Source of the DNA: Dimorphilus gyrociliatus
Taxonomy: Eukaryota; Animalia; Annelida
DNA length: 64,000 bases
Reading direction: 5' to 3'
Assembly: GCA_904063045.1 (NCBI GenBank)
Contig: CAJFCJ010000014.1
Location: 1,919,643-1,983,642 of the forward strand
The notes under the pieces were generated by a model, which was not told the DNA's origin, made no database searches, and saw only the letters and a list, made by a program, of their open reading frames with translations. Of this stretch, positions 1 through 17,908 are shown piece after piece. The position numbers were made by a program, and so were the translations under genes. Numbering within the stretch: position 1 is the first letter of the stretch; the number at the start of each line of letters is the position of its first letter.

Positions 1-165
1 AATTTTATGTATTTATTATAAAAACAGAAAGAGATATGAGTTTTGTAAATGTGACTTTAAGTTGATAAAATTACCTCGATACTATATAGGCATCATAGGA
101 ATCGATAAGCATTGTAAGTAGGGCGCCATCTATTGTTTCTCCGATTTCCGTTGCAGTGCACATAG

Positions 166-504
<339 letters not shown>

Positions 505-784
505 TTTGCAGGATTATTGATTTTATTGCTTTTCGTTTTCTGATCTCGTTCGTTATAAACTTTTTCAGATAGTTAATCAAAAAAATATATGCATGTATTC
601 ATTGCACGCAAACAAATTTCAACAAAATTCAGATCAAAATTAGTTCAAAATTCAAAAGCGATTTGCAGGAGACGAAGTTATTTTGTTGCTTGTTTTCTAT
701 TTCTTTTTACAGTAAATCTCTAAGATTTAAGCACAACTTTGAGACGAAGCTTTCGGGATATGTATAAAATGAGTATACAATCTT

Positions 785-2130
785 TCAAGGATGACTTGGA
801 AAGTTCGTCAGGAGAGCCAAATGGCCGGTTTGATTCGAAGAATGCTGCAAAAATTCTTGAATATTGGTTTCATCAGAATCAAAATATTCAGTATGACGAC
901 TCGCGAATCTAAAAACGTATGTGACTGTTGCAAATGTAGTAGCGTTTACCGGAAACGCTCTGAGCAGAGTCGATCCTAAACCTTTTGTTAAAACAAGCCA
1001 ACCTTCGGAAGCGATACTTTTTCGAAAGCAATCCACCAGACCTTTATATTCATTTCTGACGTCAGCTTGCACTCTAGACTTAATAACGTCAAATGGATAG
1101 GTAACAATCCAGGAACACATTCCAGCTGTTCCTCCTGATAACAATAATTGCATAGTTCCTACTTCTGAAGGATTGCCTATCCTACAGAATTTCTCGTAGG
1201 ACGCAAAATAGACGCCAAAAGAGGGTGTCTCTCTAAGTGTAGTTAACCAGAATCCTCTGTAAACTCCTTTAATTCCCTCTTTCTTAAAAATTTTTACCAA
1301 ACAATCATAAGAATTTTTGTACAGCGTTTGCTTAATCTTTCTGGATTGACCCTGACCTTGGACTTGCAATCGAGTCTTTACTAATTCCATTGGGCTACAT
1401 ATTACGCATTGCGAAAATCCGGCAACTGCGCCAGCAAGGTAATGTGCTGTTAAGCTGTTTGGTTTTGGTAGACGTCTTTGGACATTTCCTTGAACTCCAA
1501 ACACAATAGCATTAATAGCCGTAAGGCCACATAGAGGTGGCGCAATACCTTTATATAAACCAATGAACTATAATTCAATACAATTTAAGCTTTAATTAGG
1601 CCATAGTAAATCTTAACTGTAAATACAAACCGATTCTTTTTTTATTATTTGAGCGAAACAATCAAATGTTCCTTTATAGATAATTGGATTTTGAGTTTGT
1701 AGTCTTACTTTGACAGTGTCAAAAGGATGACCAACAATGACACCAGTAATGCCTGTATATATATAAAACAAATATACAGTCTACATCGTTATTAGAACAA
1801 AATTTGAAGCCTAAAAAGATTTGTGTCAAATGTTATTGATTTTTTATCGAAAGATTACTCTTTTTCGAACGTTTCAGTTCAGAGAATTTATTCGATTGAT
1901 ATAATTTATAATGATTTTTTATGTAGAAAAAGAACACGTGTTTCACCAAATTTTACACGTAGGGATCATACAAATTTTAATCGTCCAGAGATTACAAGCC
2001 AATGCCCTTCTCACAGTTCAAATTCAAAGACTTTTCTTAGAAGCGGGTGCCATTCGAATAAAATTTTGAGATTTTTACAAAAGAGCTCTGTCTCACCTCC
2101 GATACATCCTGCAAAAAAATCTAAGGCCAT
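785..2130 (-). CDS. SLC25A29: Mitochondrial basic amino acid / carnitine-acylcarnitine-like carrier; exons 2130-2097, 1752-1631, 1567-785
   Basis: Spliced translation [30 protein letters not shown]...[10 protein letters not shown]...[13 protein letters not shown] gives three carrier signature motifs Px[DE]xx[KR]. GT-AG introns join in frame. Confidence 0.9.
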
Positions 2131-4078
2131 CACACGTTGACCCGTTCGATATAAATGTTTCTCAATTCAGAGAATCTTCTAGTTTGAAACAATTATGTTA
2201 TCGTCAAGGTCAAAATTTTGATTTCTTTTATTAAAATCTGGTGTAGAATCAGCTTATAAAGGAACCGTGAATATAGCATGCAAAATGAGACCAGATAAAT
2301 AGCCTGATATAGAGCGGAATAGAAACCAGATTTGGGAGAATATTGCTGATTGGTCCACGGCAGAGGGGTAGACCGCTCTGGAAAATAAATGCGTCAAAAA
2401 TTTCTTGATCGGAACACCTGAGTGTACGGATATACTATGAAATAATTCAGAGAACCATAGGGATGTTCATTGGTTTTTTATTCAATAATATATAGAAAAA
2501 GGCGATTAATTACATTTATTATGTCATTTTTTTTACAATATTATTGGTATAGTTTGAATATTTAGCTGGGTTTTTTTAGTTTACAAACCAAAAACCACTA
2601 TTGATTTTTGCGCTGCAACTAAAGGTTAATTGTGAGTCATGAAAATTTTATCTAAAGGTATATAAGCTAACCAAAAGTTCATTCATTGAATTTTCTATAA
2701 CTTTGATGGTAAATAATACAAAGTCATATTACTTTTGTCAAAAGTAATCGTCACTGACATGAGGCTTTTATTCACTTGAGTAAACAAAAAATATTTATTA
2801 GCCTAAATTTCGACTACATTTATGAAAAGGTAATGAATCATGATGATATAATGCTTATATGGAACATCTTGAATTATTTACATGAAAAACAAAATTGTTC
2901 ATTTATCAACATTTCGGGAACCTACTTTCTCTTTCTATTGACTGAGTAAGTAAGAGCAGAAGATGATAGTTTATGTCAGCTTCATAAGATTAATATTAAA
3001 TAAATAAATAAATATATATATATATATATATATACAGTATATATTGACTAATACAGAAACATCAACAATTTATAATATTTTAATCTACGCATCTCCTTTA
3101 CATCGCAGTATTTTTATGAGAAAAATATTGACAAACAAATCTAGGTTATATGCATATTCATGACTTATTAATGATAATTAAAGGTTATACTATTTCCCTG
3201 AAAAGTTAACGAGCTTTACAGTAAGCAAAGACTTGGCTATTATTAAATTTTTAAAATGGTTGAATCGGGAATAGAAAGCATGGGCCGGATAGAGGAAATA
3301 AAAAATACATAATAAATGATCATTTGTTAATAAATAAAGAGAACGGAGGAGGAGGGGGCAGGATGGAAAGATGGATTACACAACAGATGTTATGATATAA
3401 AAAATTTAGAACCATATCTATTTTTAGCCTGGAAGCAAGCATTTTTTTAATTGAATTAATTTGTTTCCTATTAAGCCACAGAATATCTAAAAGGTTTCCT
3501 CGGGCCACATTGACGGTTTCATTTAGGGAAATTTAATTACATTCTAACCTATTTTTTTTATCATAAACCATATAAGCAACTGTCTTTCTTCCTTTAATAA
3601 TTTTCTTTGTACTTCTACAATGACCTTCTATATTCTATGTTTTAATATCTTGAAATGTTTTCTGAGAATAATAAGAAACTAAAGTATAGAGAATTTAGGA
3701 TACGTACTTTTAGTAAATTAGAACTTTTACCTTAGTACCTATTGTAAGTAATTAGTATGGTTATAATTAATGGGCATTGTTGAAATATTACTGATTTTAA
3801 ATATTCAAAGGATTTAATAGAGAAAGAAGAGAGGAACTATGAATGTGGTTATGAGAAAATAGCAAAAAATAATTTTTATCACTTCTTAGAAAACCTTTAA
3901 ATGTAAGAAAAGATAATTTGAGATAGGAGATTATTATCTCGTATTTTGTTGCGTAAAGTAGCCTCACTTTCCCACTATCGTATAAGTTGTCTGCGGATAT
4001 ATCATAAGTAGTTTATTTATCAAAACTTATTTATTCCTTAAGTAGAGAAAGCGTGATATATCTTTCGTAAGTATTACT

Positions 4079-6089
4079 TTAGTGATGAATATTCGATCCG
4101 TCAGAGACTGGTTCGTTAGTTAAATTCGAATTTCGCAGTTTCTCTTCGCTTTCATTTGATGTAATTGAGCACTTTTCATAAAACGAATTAGATTTGTTAA
4201 AAATTTCAACCTTGTTTATATTTGAAACATTTGTTTTATCATCTAATTCATCTTCTTCCTCTTCTATTATCATACTTCCCGGAACTGTACTAGCAACTGA
4301 AACATTTTCCATTTCATCATTCGGCAAGGTCTTATTTAGGGTGGTATTCTGTTTCTCGTCCTTCGTTGATATTTCTTGTTTAGTTTCTAAGAGATACTCC
4401 TGAGGAAAACTTAAGGGTGAAGAATATGGGCATTTCAGAGGTTTTAATTGATTTTCAACTTGTTTTTCGTTCCCATTTGAGCAGTCGGTACTAGATTGCT
4501 GATAATTTAGATCATCTTCAGTAGGCATCTGATTTTCATTACTTTCGCTATTTTTTATATAAAAATCTATGTTTTTTTCTTGAAAATCAATTATTTTATC
4601 TTTTTTCTCATCTTTTATATTTCTCTTACAATCTTCATCTTCTTTCAACGTGATTGATTCATAAAGCAAATCTTTGTTAATTGGTTGTTGAGTATTTCCC
4701 CCTAAAGTATTTTATATATAATTAAATTTATAATTAGAAAGAAAAATTGTCAATTTCAACATCCTGTAATTTCCTTACCATTTTTTTCAACAATATTCCT
4801 ACTAGATTTAACCGATAAATTGCCATCAAAATTGTTAAATGAAATGGAAGATAGTGAAGTAGAATCTATAATTTGAGCTTTTGAATCGTTTACTGAGTTT
4901 GTCCCTTCGTCAATTTTACTAAGAACTGTTTTTCTATATTTAGTTGTTGAATTATCTAATTTACTTTCTTCATTTTCAATTGACTTTTCGCTAATTATAT
5001 CTTGTTTTAGATTTTTTAATTGACTGCTAAATTCCTCTTTCTTGGTGTAAGTATCTTCAATAGATTGTGTAAGGATGCGTGTAGCTTTCTTCTCTCTTAC
5101 GTCATCGATTCTTAGACCTTGGTATTTCTTATAAAATTCCTCGTTCTTTACATCTTTAGTATTTATTCTTTTATTAAAATCGTAATTTAGTAATCTTCTA
5201 TAGATTCTCTTACAAGGCATTGATACTTCTTCGTCGTCTTCTTTGGCTAAACCACCTTCAATAGAATTAAGGATATCCCTTCTGTCTTTACCTCTGAATG
5301 GGCAATGGCCGTAAAGACAGACGTAGAGGACTATGCCAACACTCCACATATCGGCTTTAGTAGCGATATATTCATGTTCTAATAAGACCTCTGGAGCAGC
5401 ATATTCTAAATTACCAACAAAGGTTGCCGACCAAATGATTCCTAAAGCCCTATGATCGTTTAAGTTGTAGGTTGCTAGACCAAAATCAGACAGTTTTATA
5501 GAATTTTTCGAATCTAATAAAAGATTCGAACATTTTATATCTCTATGAGCAATACCCTTTATTTTTTAGGTTCATTTATTAATAAGGTAGTAAAGGGAAA
5601 TGTGAATATTTGGTAAAAAGCAAATATACAGCATAATGCAGTCTATCTATTTTCCCTTAATACCTTGATATGTAGGTAATGAACAGCATCTATCAGTTGG
5701 CTAAACCATACACCAGCAATTGGTTCTGTTAGGCGTTTGTGACGATCTAATTCATCTTTAACTGTCCGTCCAGTTAGGTATTCCATGACTAGATAGGCCT
5801 TTTTAGGAGAGGTTGCAGCGGCTATACATTTAATAATATTTGGATGTGAAATCTTTGCCATTATCTTTAATTCTCTGATGACAAACTTTTCAAAAATATG
5901 TATTTTGCCCTCTTTGATCATTTTAAATTTGTCATATATTTTTATAGCTACGGGACTGCCCGTACGAATTGAATTACCGCCAAGGACAACTGAATTTACT
6001 CCTCGACCCAATTCTATTCCCGTAAGGGTAAAGCCAAGAGAATCAAGTACAACCTTGTTCTTTCCCCTAATCCATATTTTGTCTTCCAA
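4079..6089 (-). CDS. Testis-specific serine/threonine kinase-like (CAMK group) with long low-complexity acidic C-tail; exons 6089-5664, 5556-4779, 4701-4079 (~608 aa)
   Basis: Motifs GRGVNS, VAIK, HRDIKCSNLLLD, DFG, ATFVGNLEYAAPE and DMWSVG. The two GT-AG introns (107 and 77 nt) join three ORF-track fragments in frame. Confidence 0.85.
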
Positions 6090-6595
6090 AATGGGAGATT
6101 TAGACTTGGGCCACGTTAAAAAGTTATATATTCTCTTTAAAAAGTCTTTATTGCGTTTAACCGTCTCCTACAAAGGAAAAAACGCTATAATGAAGTAAAA
6201 AAAAAAATCAATAATACCTGATGAAAATTTCTAATTATTTTTTTTTATATAATTCTGCTTTAGCATTATACCTTTTTCCTCAGTTTATTTTGCGGCATTT
6301 CGTTCTTATTAATGTTAATATATAAATATAATTCCAGTATTCCAGTTTTTTTTTACTGCAGAAATCAAGAAAAAACTTTTTAATAAAAGATTTTTTTAAT
6401 AAAGAATTTATATTTAAATTTGAAATTTTAGAAATATTACGAGTTTTTATAATTAAAGTGTTTTTATATCTGTTTTTATGTCTGTAATAAAGTTTCATCA
6501 AGATTCTACAATGCGATCAATTGAAGGATGAAAAGTCAATCTAGGTACAAACAAATTATCACTTATTTGTTTTCGCTATTTTCCTCTTCCTCCAC

Positions 6596-6598
<3 letters not shown>

Positions 6599-6649
<51 letters not shown>

Positions 6650-6668
6650 ACTCTCTCACTCTCTCTCT
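6599..6668. repeat. (CT)n/(CTGT) imperfect microsatellite
   Basis: Directly visible CT dinucleotide run. Confidence 0.95.
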
Positions 6669-8460
6669 TTTCCTCTTTTTTCGCTATTTCATTTCCCTTT
6701 GCAGTTCATTTCAAAGAATATTCTCAGTCACAGGCAGTATTGGTGATACTTTGGATAAAAGGAGAATATAATATCTATTATCTCTGAAGAGGTAAAAGCG
6801 CTTCCTCTTTACTACCCTGATTATCTTTTATAAAGATTAAAGCTCATATGGGCTATAGCTATTTTACTTTTTCTAACACATAATTCTTAGAAACGACTGT
6901 ATGTTATAAATGCTTAAAACATAAGTATTATGTAGATTTATTCATTTTCATCAATGCTTCGTAAGACTAGTTCTAACATACTTATTAATAAAAGGTTAAT
7001 AGCTGTTGATATATATTACATACTATAAGAAATTAGACCTTCTTTTGACTCTTACACAAATGTCTTATGAAGCAGCAACGTAATGACTTACAGGTTTTCA
7101 TTATTGCTTAATTGAAAGGTTTTCTTTAAGGCTAAAATAAACTCGTCGTGTTCTTGCAATATTTAAATTTCTTTTGTTGAAGGAGCAAAATTAGAAAAAT
7201 AACACTGTGTACAAAGTGCCTAGACATTAAACAGCAGCGATAATAGTAAAAGTAATTAACGAATAAATAAAGTATATGCTACACTACTTAAGGGAGAGAT
7301 GTGCATTTAAAAAATTACAATAATTGGTGGAAAAAAAAGAATGAAAAGATGAGAACAGTAGTGTTATCATCATGTAATTTTTCCGTCTACTCTTTACAGT
7401 TTGAAAACTGCTTGTATATTTAGAAGAGAAAATATTTATCTATATGTCAACCCTGTAGTTGTCAATTACGAAATATGAACAAATACAGAAATAAACCATC
7501 TCTCTTTTTCACGACTATTTTAGTCAAATGACCTTTGAAAGAATTATTCTAATAGCTTATTACTATTTCATGAAAAAGGAAGAGTATATTTCAAAATTTA
7601 AAGGATTGGTTAGAAGCTTTCGATACAATTTCATATTAATTGGAGAAGTAAGAGATTATTAAGTATTAGAATCAAATTTTTGAGTAAGCAGTCGAGTTTT
7701 CCTTATGTGGAAATGGTAAACATGACGTATTTCTCCATCTTCATATTCCTAAGATCTTTGATGAATGTCACTAATTAGTCTTCTTATAGTGTATTTTCAG
7801 TTGTATACATTTACTTCTATTTTAAGATCATCCACTCATTGTCCTTGTGAGCGAAAAACACTTCTTAAGATTCCTTTATATTAAAAAAAAAAAGAAGATC
7901 GATTTGGCTTTTGTTAAAAAGTCTCCGTATCTTTCCCTCCCTGATAGAAGGAATTTTATTATCTAGCGATTTTTTATAGGATAAATTTTCCAGTTGAGTG
8001 TACAAATCGTCGCAATCCGGCAAAAGAAGATCATCAATGAAGCAGTTTTTTGAACTTTTTCATTAATTCATCTATTTAAATGGGCCTACGAAACCTGACG
8101 TATCCATCGTTACTAGATCAGAAAAATAGAAACGTTTCATAAGTAAATATAACCGAATTTAGTCTATACTTGTTTTTCTTTTGCATGTTTGTATCAAGAT
8201 GTCATACAAAAAAAACAAATTTAAAGGTTTGAATTAACGGCGACTTTCATAAATATTTAGAGTTTGATATTTTTTGCCTTTAAGGCTTATACTTTTTCCT
8301 TTTGTAATGAAAAAAATTAGGCAGTTTTACAGGTTTTACTCACAAAAGCCACTTATTACAGATCACAAAATACATAATCAGAACATAGAACACTGAATAC
8401 AATACAAAGAATGACAAATCAGTTTTTCTCCATTGTTTTTCTTAAGCATATACAGTTTAA

Positions 8461-13691
<5,231 letters not shown>

Positions 13692-13925
13692 CTTGTTAGT
13701 TTGTTGTTTGGCGCGTTTGGCTGTAGAAGAATAATTGATTGGCTTCTTGCGCAGCCAACGTTGAATTGCAACACGGCAGCTCTTACGCCCCGTCAATGCA
13801 CTTTTTCGGCTATCTTTTTCAATCTTTACGTTTGTAAATCCTTTAACTGTTGAGCGACAAAGTGGTGAAACGGTATATCTTTCATTTTCATTAGTGATGG
13901 ACGACACAATATTTATATTGAAGAA

Positions 13926-14071
13926 ATCGATGTTACTCTACCGATATATCGTATCGCTTTTAAGACAAACTCGGTGTATAAATCGATTACGATTCACACA
14001 GTATGTATAGCTGTAATGCCGTATCGATAAGGAACCTCGTACATATATCGATTTTAGAATCGATCACGTGA
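13926..14071. promoter_or_regulatory. Bidirectional CMIP/HGH1 promoter with five ATCGAT (DRE-core) copies and an E-box
   Basis: ATCGAT at 13926, 13982, 14023 (full TATCGATA 14022-14029), 14047 and 14059. TCACGTGA at 14064-14071. Confidence 0.55.
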
Positions 14072-14159
14072 CAATATCGTCTGCTACGTCACATCCGCTT
14101 TCAATTTCAACAGACAACGGCATGGTCAACTAATAATTTAACGTAAAAGTGCCGAAATT

Positions 14160-15406
14160 ATGTCAAATAGTGAAGAAATTCGAAAAGTTATCAGCGACTT
14201 CGAAGCGCAAACCTCGCGGACTTCTCCTTTAAGCGTCCGTTTGACTGCGTTCGACTATATTTGTGGTATTGTCTCCGAAGAGGCAGGCCAGAATCTTATT
14301 CTGACAAATAAAAAGTTGTTAGATAATGTAATCGACGCTGTTCAGCCAAGTGATGTTTCATTATCCACCATGGCGATAAAGACCCTGATAAATCTAAGTG
14401 CTTCAAACGATTCTCTGTCGCAAACGATAATCGCCCACGATAAGGCAATCAATACCCTAACTGCCGAGGCTTTGAACCCTAAATCCGATATATGCAATAA
14501 TTCTAGTATGTTGTTAAGGAATTTAACGACAAATATGATAATTTGTCATCAATATTACGAACATTTAAAATCAAAAACAGACGTAACCATATTTAGTTTT
14601 ATCGATGCTTTCTTTGATGGGACTTATGAAAAAGAAACAACAACGCATATATCAAATATTTTAAGAAACCTGATGCAATGTCCTGATGTAAGAAGAATTT
14701 TATCCGAGAAGAGGGAAGTAATAAAAAAGTTCACTAGCTTTTTATCGCCTGTAGCTCGTAATGACGTACGTTATGAAGCCAGTTTAGGATTGATGCATAA
14801 TTTATGCTGGCAGAAAGAGTTGCATGAGTGGTTGTTGACTGATAATAGCGTGGGCATTCTGACACGGTTATTAGAACCGTTAGCAGGCCCTGAGGAATTT
14901 GATGATGATGAAATGGAAAAATTACCGATTGTTAGTTTGTTACTTCATCTTTACATAAAATTACTAACGCTGTAGTGCTTCTTTTTTTAATCTAGGAACT
15001 ACAATACTTACCTGGAGATAAAAAGCGAGAACCAGTTGCGGAAATTAGAAAATTGTTGATACAAACCATTCATCGTTTAACTGTTACTAAGTTCGGTAGA
15101 GATTTTATTAAGGATAACGGTGCATATTACATATTAAGAGAGTTACATAAAGTTGAAGAACACCCAGGGGTTATGAATGTTTTAGAAAGTTGTATTTATT
15201 GTCTTATTCAGGATATAGAGGACAAAGATGATTTGGATAAAGTAAGTATTAAGTATAAAATACTTGGCAGGTGTGTAATGTAATTATTGATGCTTTCGCA
15301 GGTGGAAATTCCCAGCGATATTGAAGAAAAGTTAATGAAAGAACATTTAGAAATTGAAAAGGAAGTTACTGACAAGGAAAAAAGCTTAAATGTGTCACCA
15401 GAATGA
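14160..15406 (+). CDS. HGH1: HGH1 homolog (eEF2 chaperone cofactor); exons 14160-14930, 14996-15241, 15302-15406
   Basis: Contains LLEPLAGPEEFDDDEMEKLPIELQYLPGDKKRE and GAYYILRELHKVE, typical of the HGH1 DUF383/DUF384 region. GT-AG introns in phase 0. Confidence 0.9.
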
Positions 15407-17908
15407 TAGAGAAATTGTGCAGATTTACTACAAAAGTTTTTTGCATTCGAATAATGTTACATTGGTTTATTAAAGATTTCATTTTGTTTTGTTTCTGTTT
15501 TTTGTTAAAAGATGAGAACGGGGTTATATTATTTCCAGCAGAAAAACTTTCTTTTTTCTAAATCTATTGACTATCCGAGCGATCAATAAAATTCTTACAT
15601 AAAAGGGAATTTTGCAACTCCAAGTTAAATGTTTACTGGCAAACATGTTATTATAAATAATAGATAGAAGACAAATAAAGTATTCTTTATATCATAGAAT
15701 CGGCTTGTTTGACACGGCAAAAAGTATTATCTATCAGTCAGTAATTGGAAAAGAAAACAAATTTATATATTAGATGTGTTTTTATCATTATAATCATATT
15801 TAGGAGAATGAACAGAATCAATTTTACTTGACATTTTATTCATAATTCATTGACTTATATTAGCTTTCCAAAAAGTTACTAGTTCAACGAAACATAGGGC
15901 TTATTTACCATTAACGTAATCTGACAACCCTATATGCCTACGAATTGCTTTTTGTTGATCTATCACCGTTACAGTAGACAAAATAAAAATGTGGATAAAC
16001 TTTACTGCTCTGCTTATGTAAAGAGACTCCTTAAAAGGATTTCTCAAATTTCTATTTGCCAGCGAAAACCATCATTTAATGCCTTTTCCCTTATTTAAAA
16101 GTATATCTGTGAATCTTAATGGAAGTTAACGAATGATTACGAGAAGGGAGATGTACAAAAGACAAGATGAAGGACAACAAACAAGTATTTAATATAAAAT
16201 GACAGCTTAGAGTATTCGATACTCTTTATTGATGGCTAAATGGAAATGTACTTGCTGGGTTATTGGAAATCTAGTACAAATATTTTTCAATTGTAGGTTA
16301 ATTAGCTTTTTCTTCTTGTCCTTGTGTTTTAGTCTATTTTTTCTTTCATTATAAACCAAAAAATTAATTCTATGGTTTTATCGATGCATCTTTATCTGGA
16401 TTTTCCTATGCTTTTATATTGTTTATCCATTAATTAATCCTCTAGTTGCTCTTACTTTTTTTTTGATCTTTTCTTCCTCTTATCTTTGAGTAGCCATCTG
16501 TTAAAATTATTTTGACACCTTCGTGTATTTCAACTGTTGAAATTCAGCTTGGAAACAGATATATTGAAGGATATTTAATTAAAAACTAAAGAAAAAAGAA
16601 TTTCCTCTTACCTCCTTCCTTATCTAACTAACTATGGTCTATTTATAAAATATATTTCGTAGAGGTAGTGGAATTTTCTTAGTCATACAGCCACTATGCT
16701 ACTGTCTTATTATATGTTTTTTCTAACGCATTTTTGAAATAGTTCTTCAAGATCTATGCTGCTCATTTTATAGGCTTTGATGTCATGATGAGCAAAAAAG
16801 AAAAGATATATAATGCATGCTGTAAAAAGAATATTTTTAAGATTATGAGGATAACATTATAAAATATACAAAAAACTTTTAACAAACTGCTCTTACATTA
16901 TGGTAAAGAAAACATGAAAATGTATATGATATTCGTTTACAAAACAGAAAACCCATCAAAAAAAGAGTATATGGATCAATTTCTATGTGAAACGAATTAT
17001 TCTCCTATGATTAAGAAATTTAACAAATGTAGTTAATTGCAATTTTTTAAAACAACGTATTTATTATTGTTTGTTTTTTCTTTTTGAGAAAAATATCCGA
17101 AAAAAACCCATAAAAAGTTCAAATTCATTACTTGTAGTTCAAGTGGTTTTTATAGTTTTTAACTGCCCACACCAGGAGTGTTTTAAACGATTTTAAATTA
17201 TCATAACAGATAACGTAACTCTCAACTATAATAAAAAGTGAGGGAGGGAGAACATCAATTTAGAATGAAAGGAGACAAAAGTACTGTTGTTTTTTTTTTG
17301 TTTTTCATTTAAAATAAACGAACTATCGTCCTTTTCATTCGCTTTCACATTAAATTAAATAGCTTTAACACTAATTGATATGCATAACACAACTTTGTGT
17401 AAATATATTTAGGCATTATATATAAAGTTGTATTTGTCCACTTCCAGGGTCAAAAGTTCATTTAAATAAAAAATAAAGTCAGTAAACCAAATTAATGGGA
17501 TAAATAAACAAAATTCTATGAAACTTTCTTCCAAGTTGTCTTTTTGTTTTTACCGAAACCCAAAATTTTCTGAAACTTGTGTACAATGTTTTTAGGTTGT
17601 TTTTCTTTTTTAAAGGATATCTTAACTAAGCAGATGAAAATATAAATAATACTAAAATCAACCGTAATTAAATTAATCTTAAGTTTTAAAGAGCTAAATA
17701 AAGTTATTAATAAATTACCAAATCAAACAACTATGAGAGATAACTTTCAAATATTATATGATGAAAGCATTGAACAATTGAAACGAAAGAGGAGAAAAGG
17801 ACATAAAATAAAAAGTAAATTCGAAATTGTGAAATAGCTGACCCCAATTTTAATATTCTGTCAAGTTATCCGAGTTTGGGAAAAAAAGAGGATTATATGT
17901 GACCCACA

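Noticed and set aside
6528-6746. 72-aa ORF with SLSLSL repeats
   Set aside because: It is a translation of the (CT)n microsatellite with no coding evidence.
15004-15015. ATACTTACCTGG, identical to the 5' end of U1 snRNA
   Set aside because: It lies in frame inside the HGH1 coding exon (QYLPG), and the following sequence does not continue as U1.
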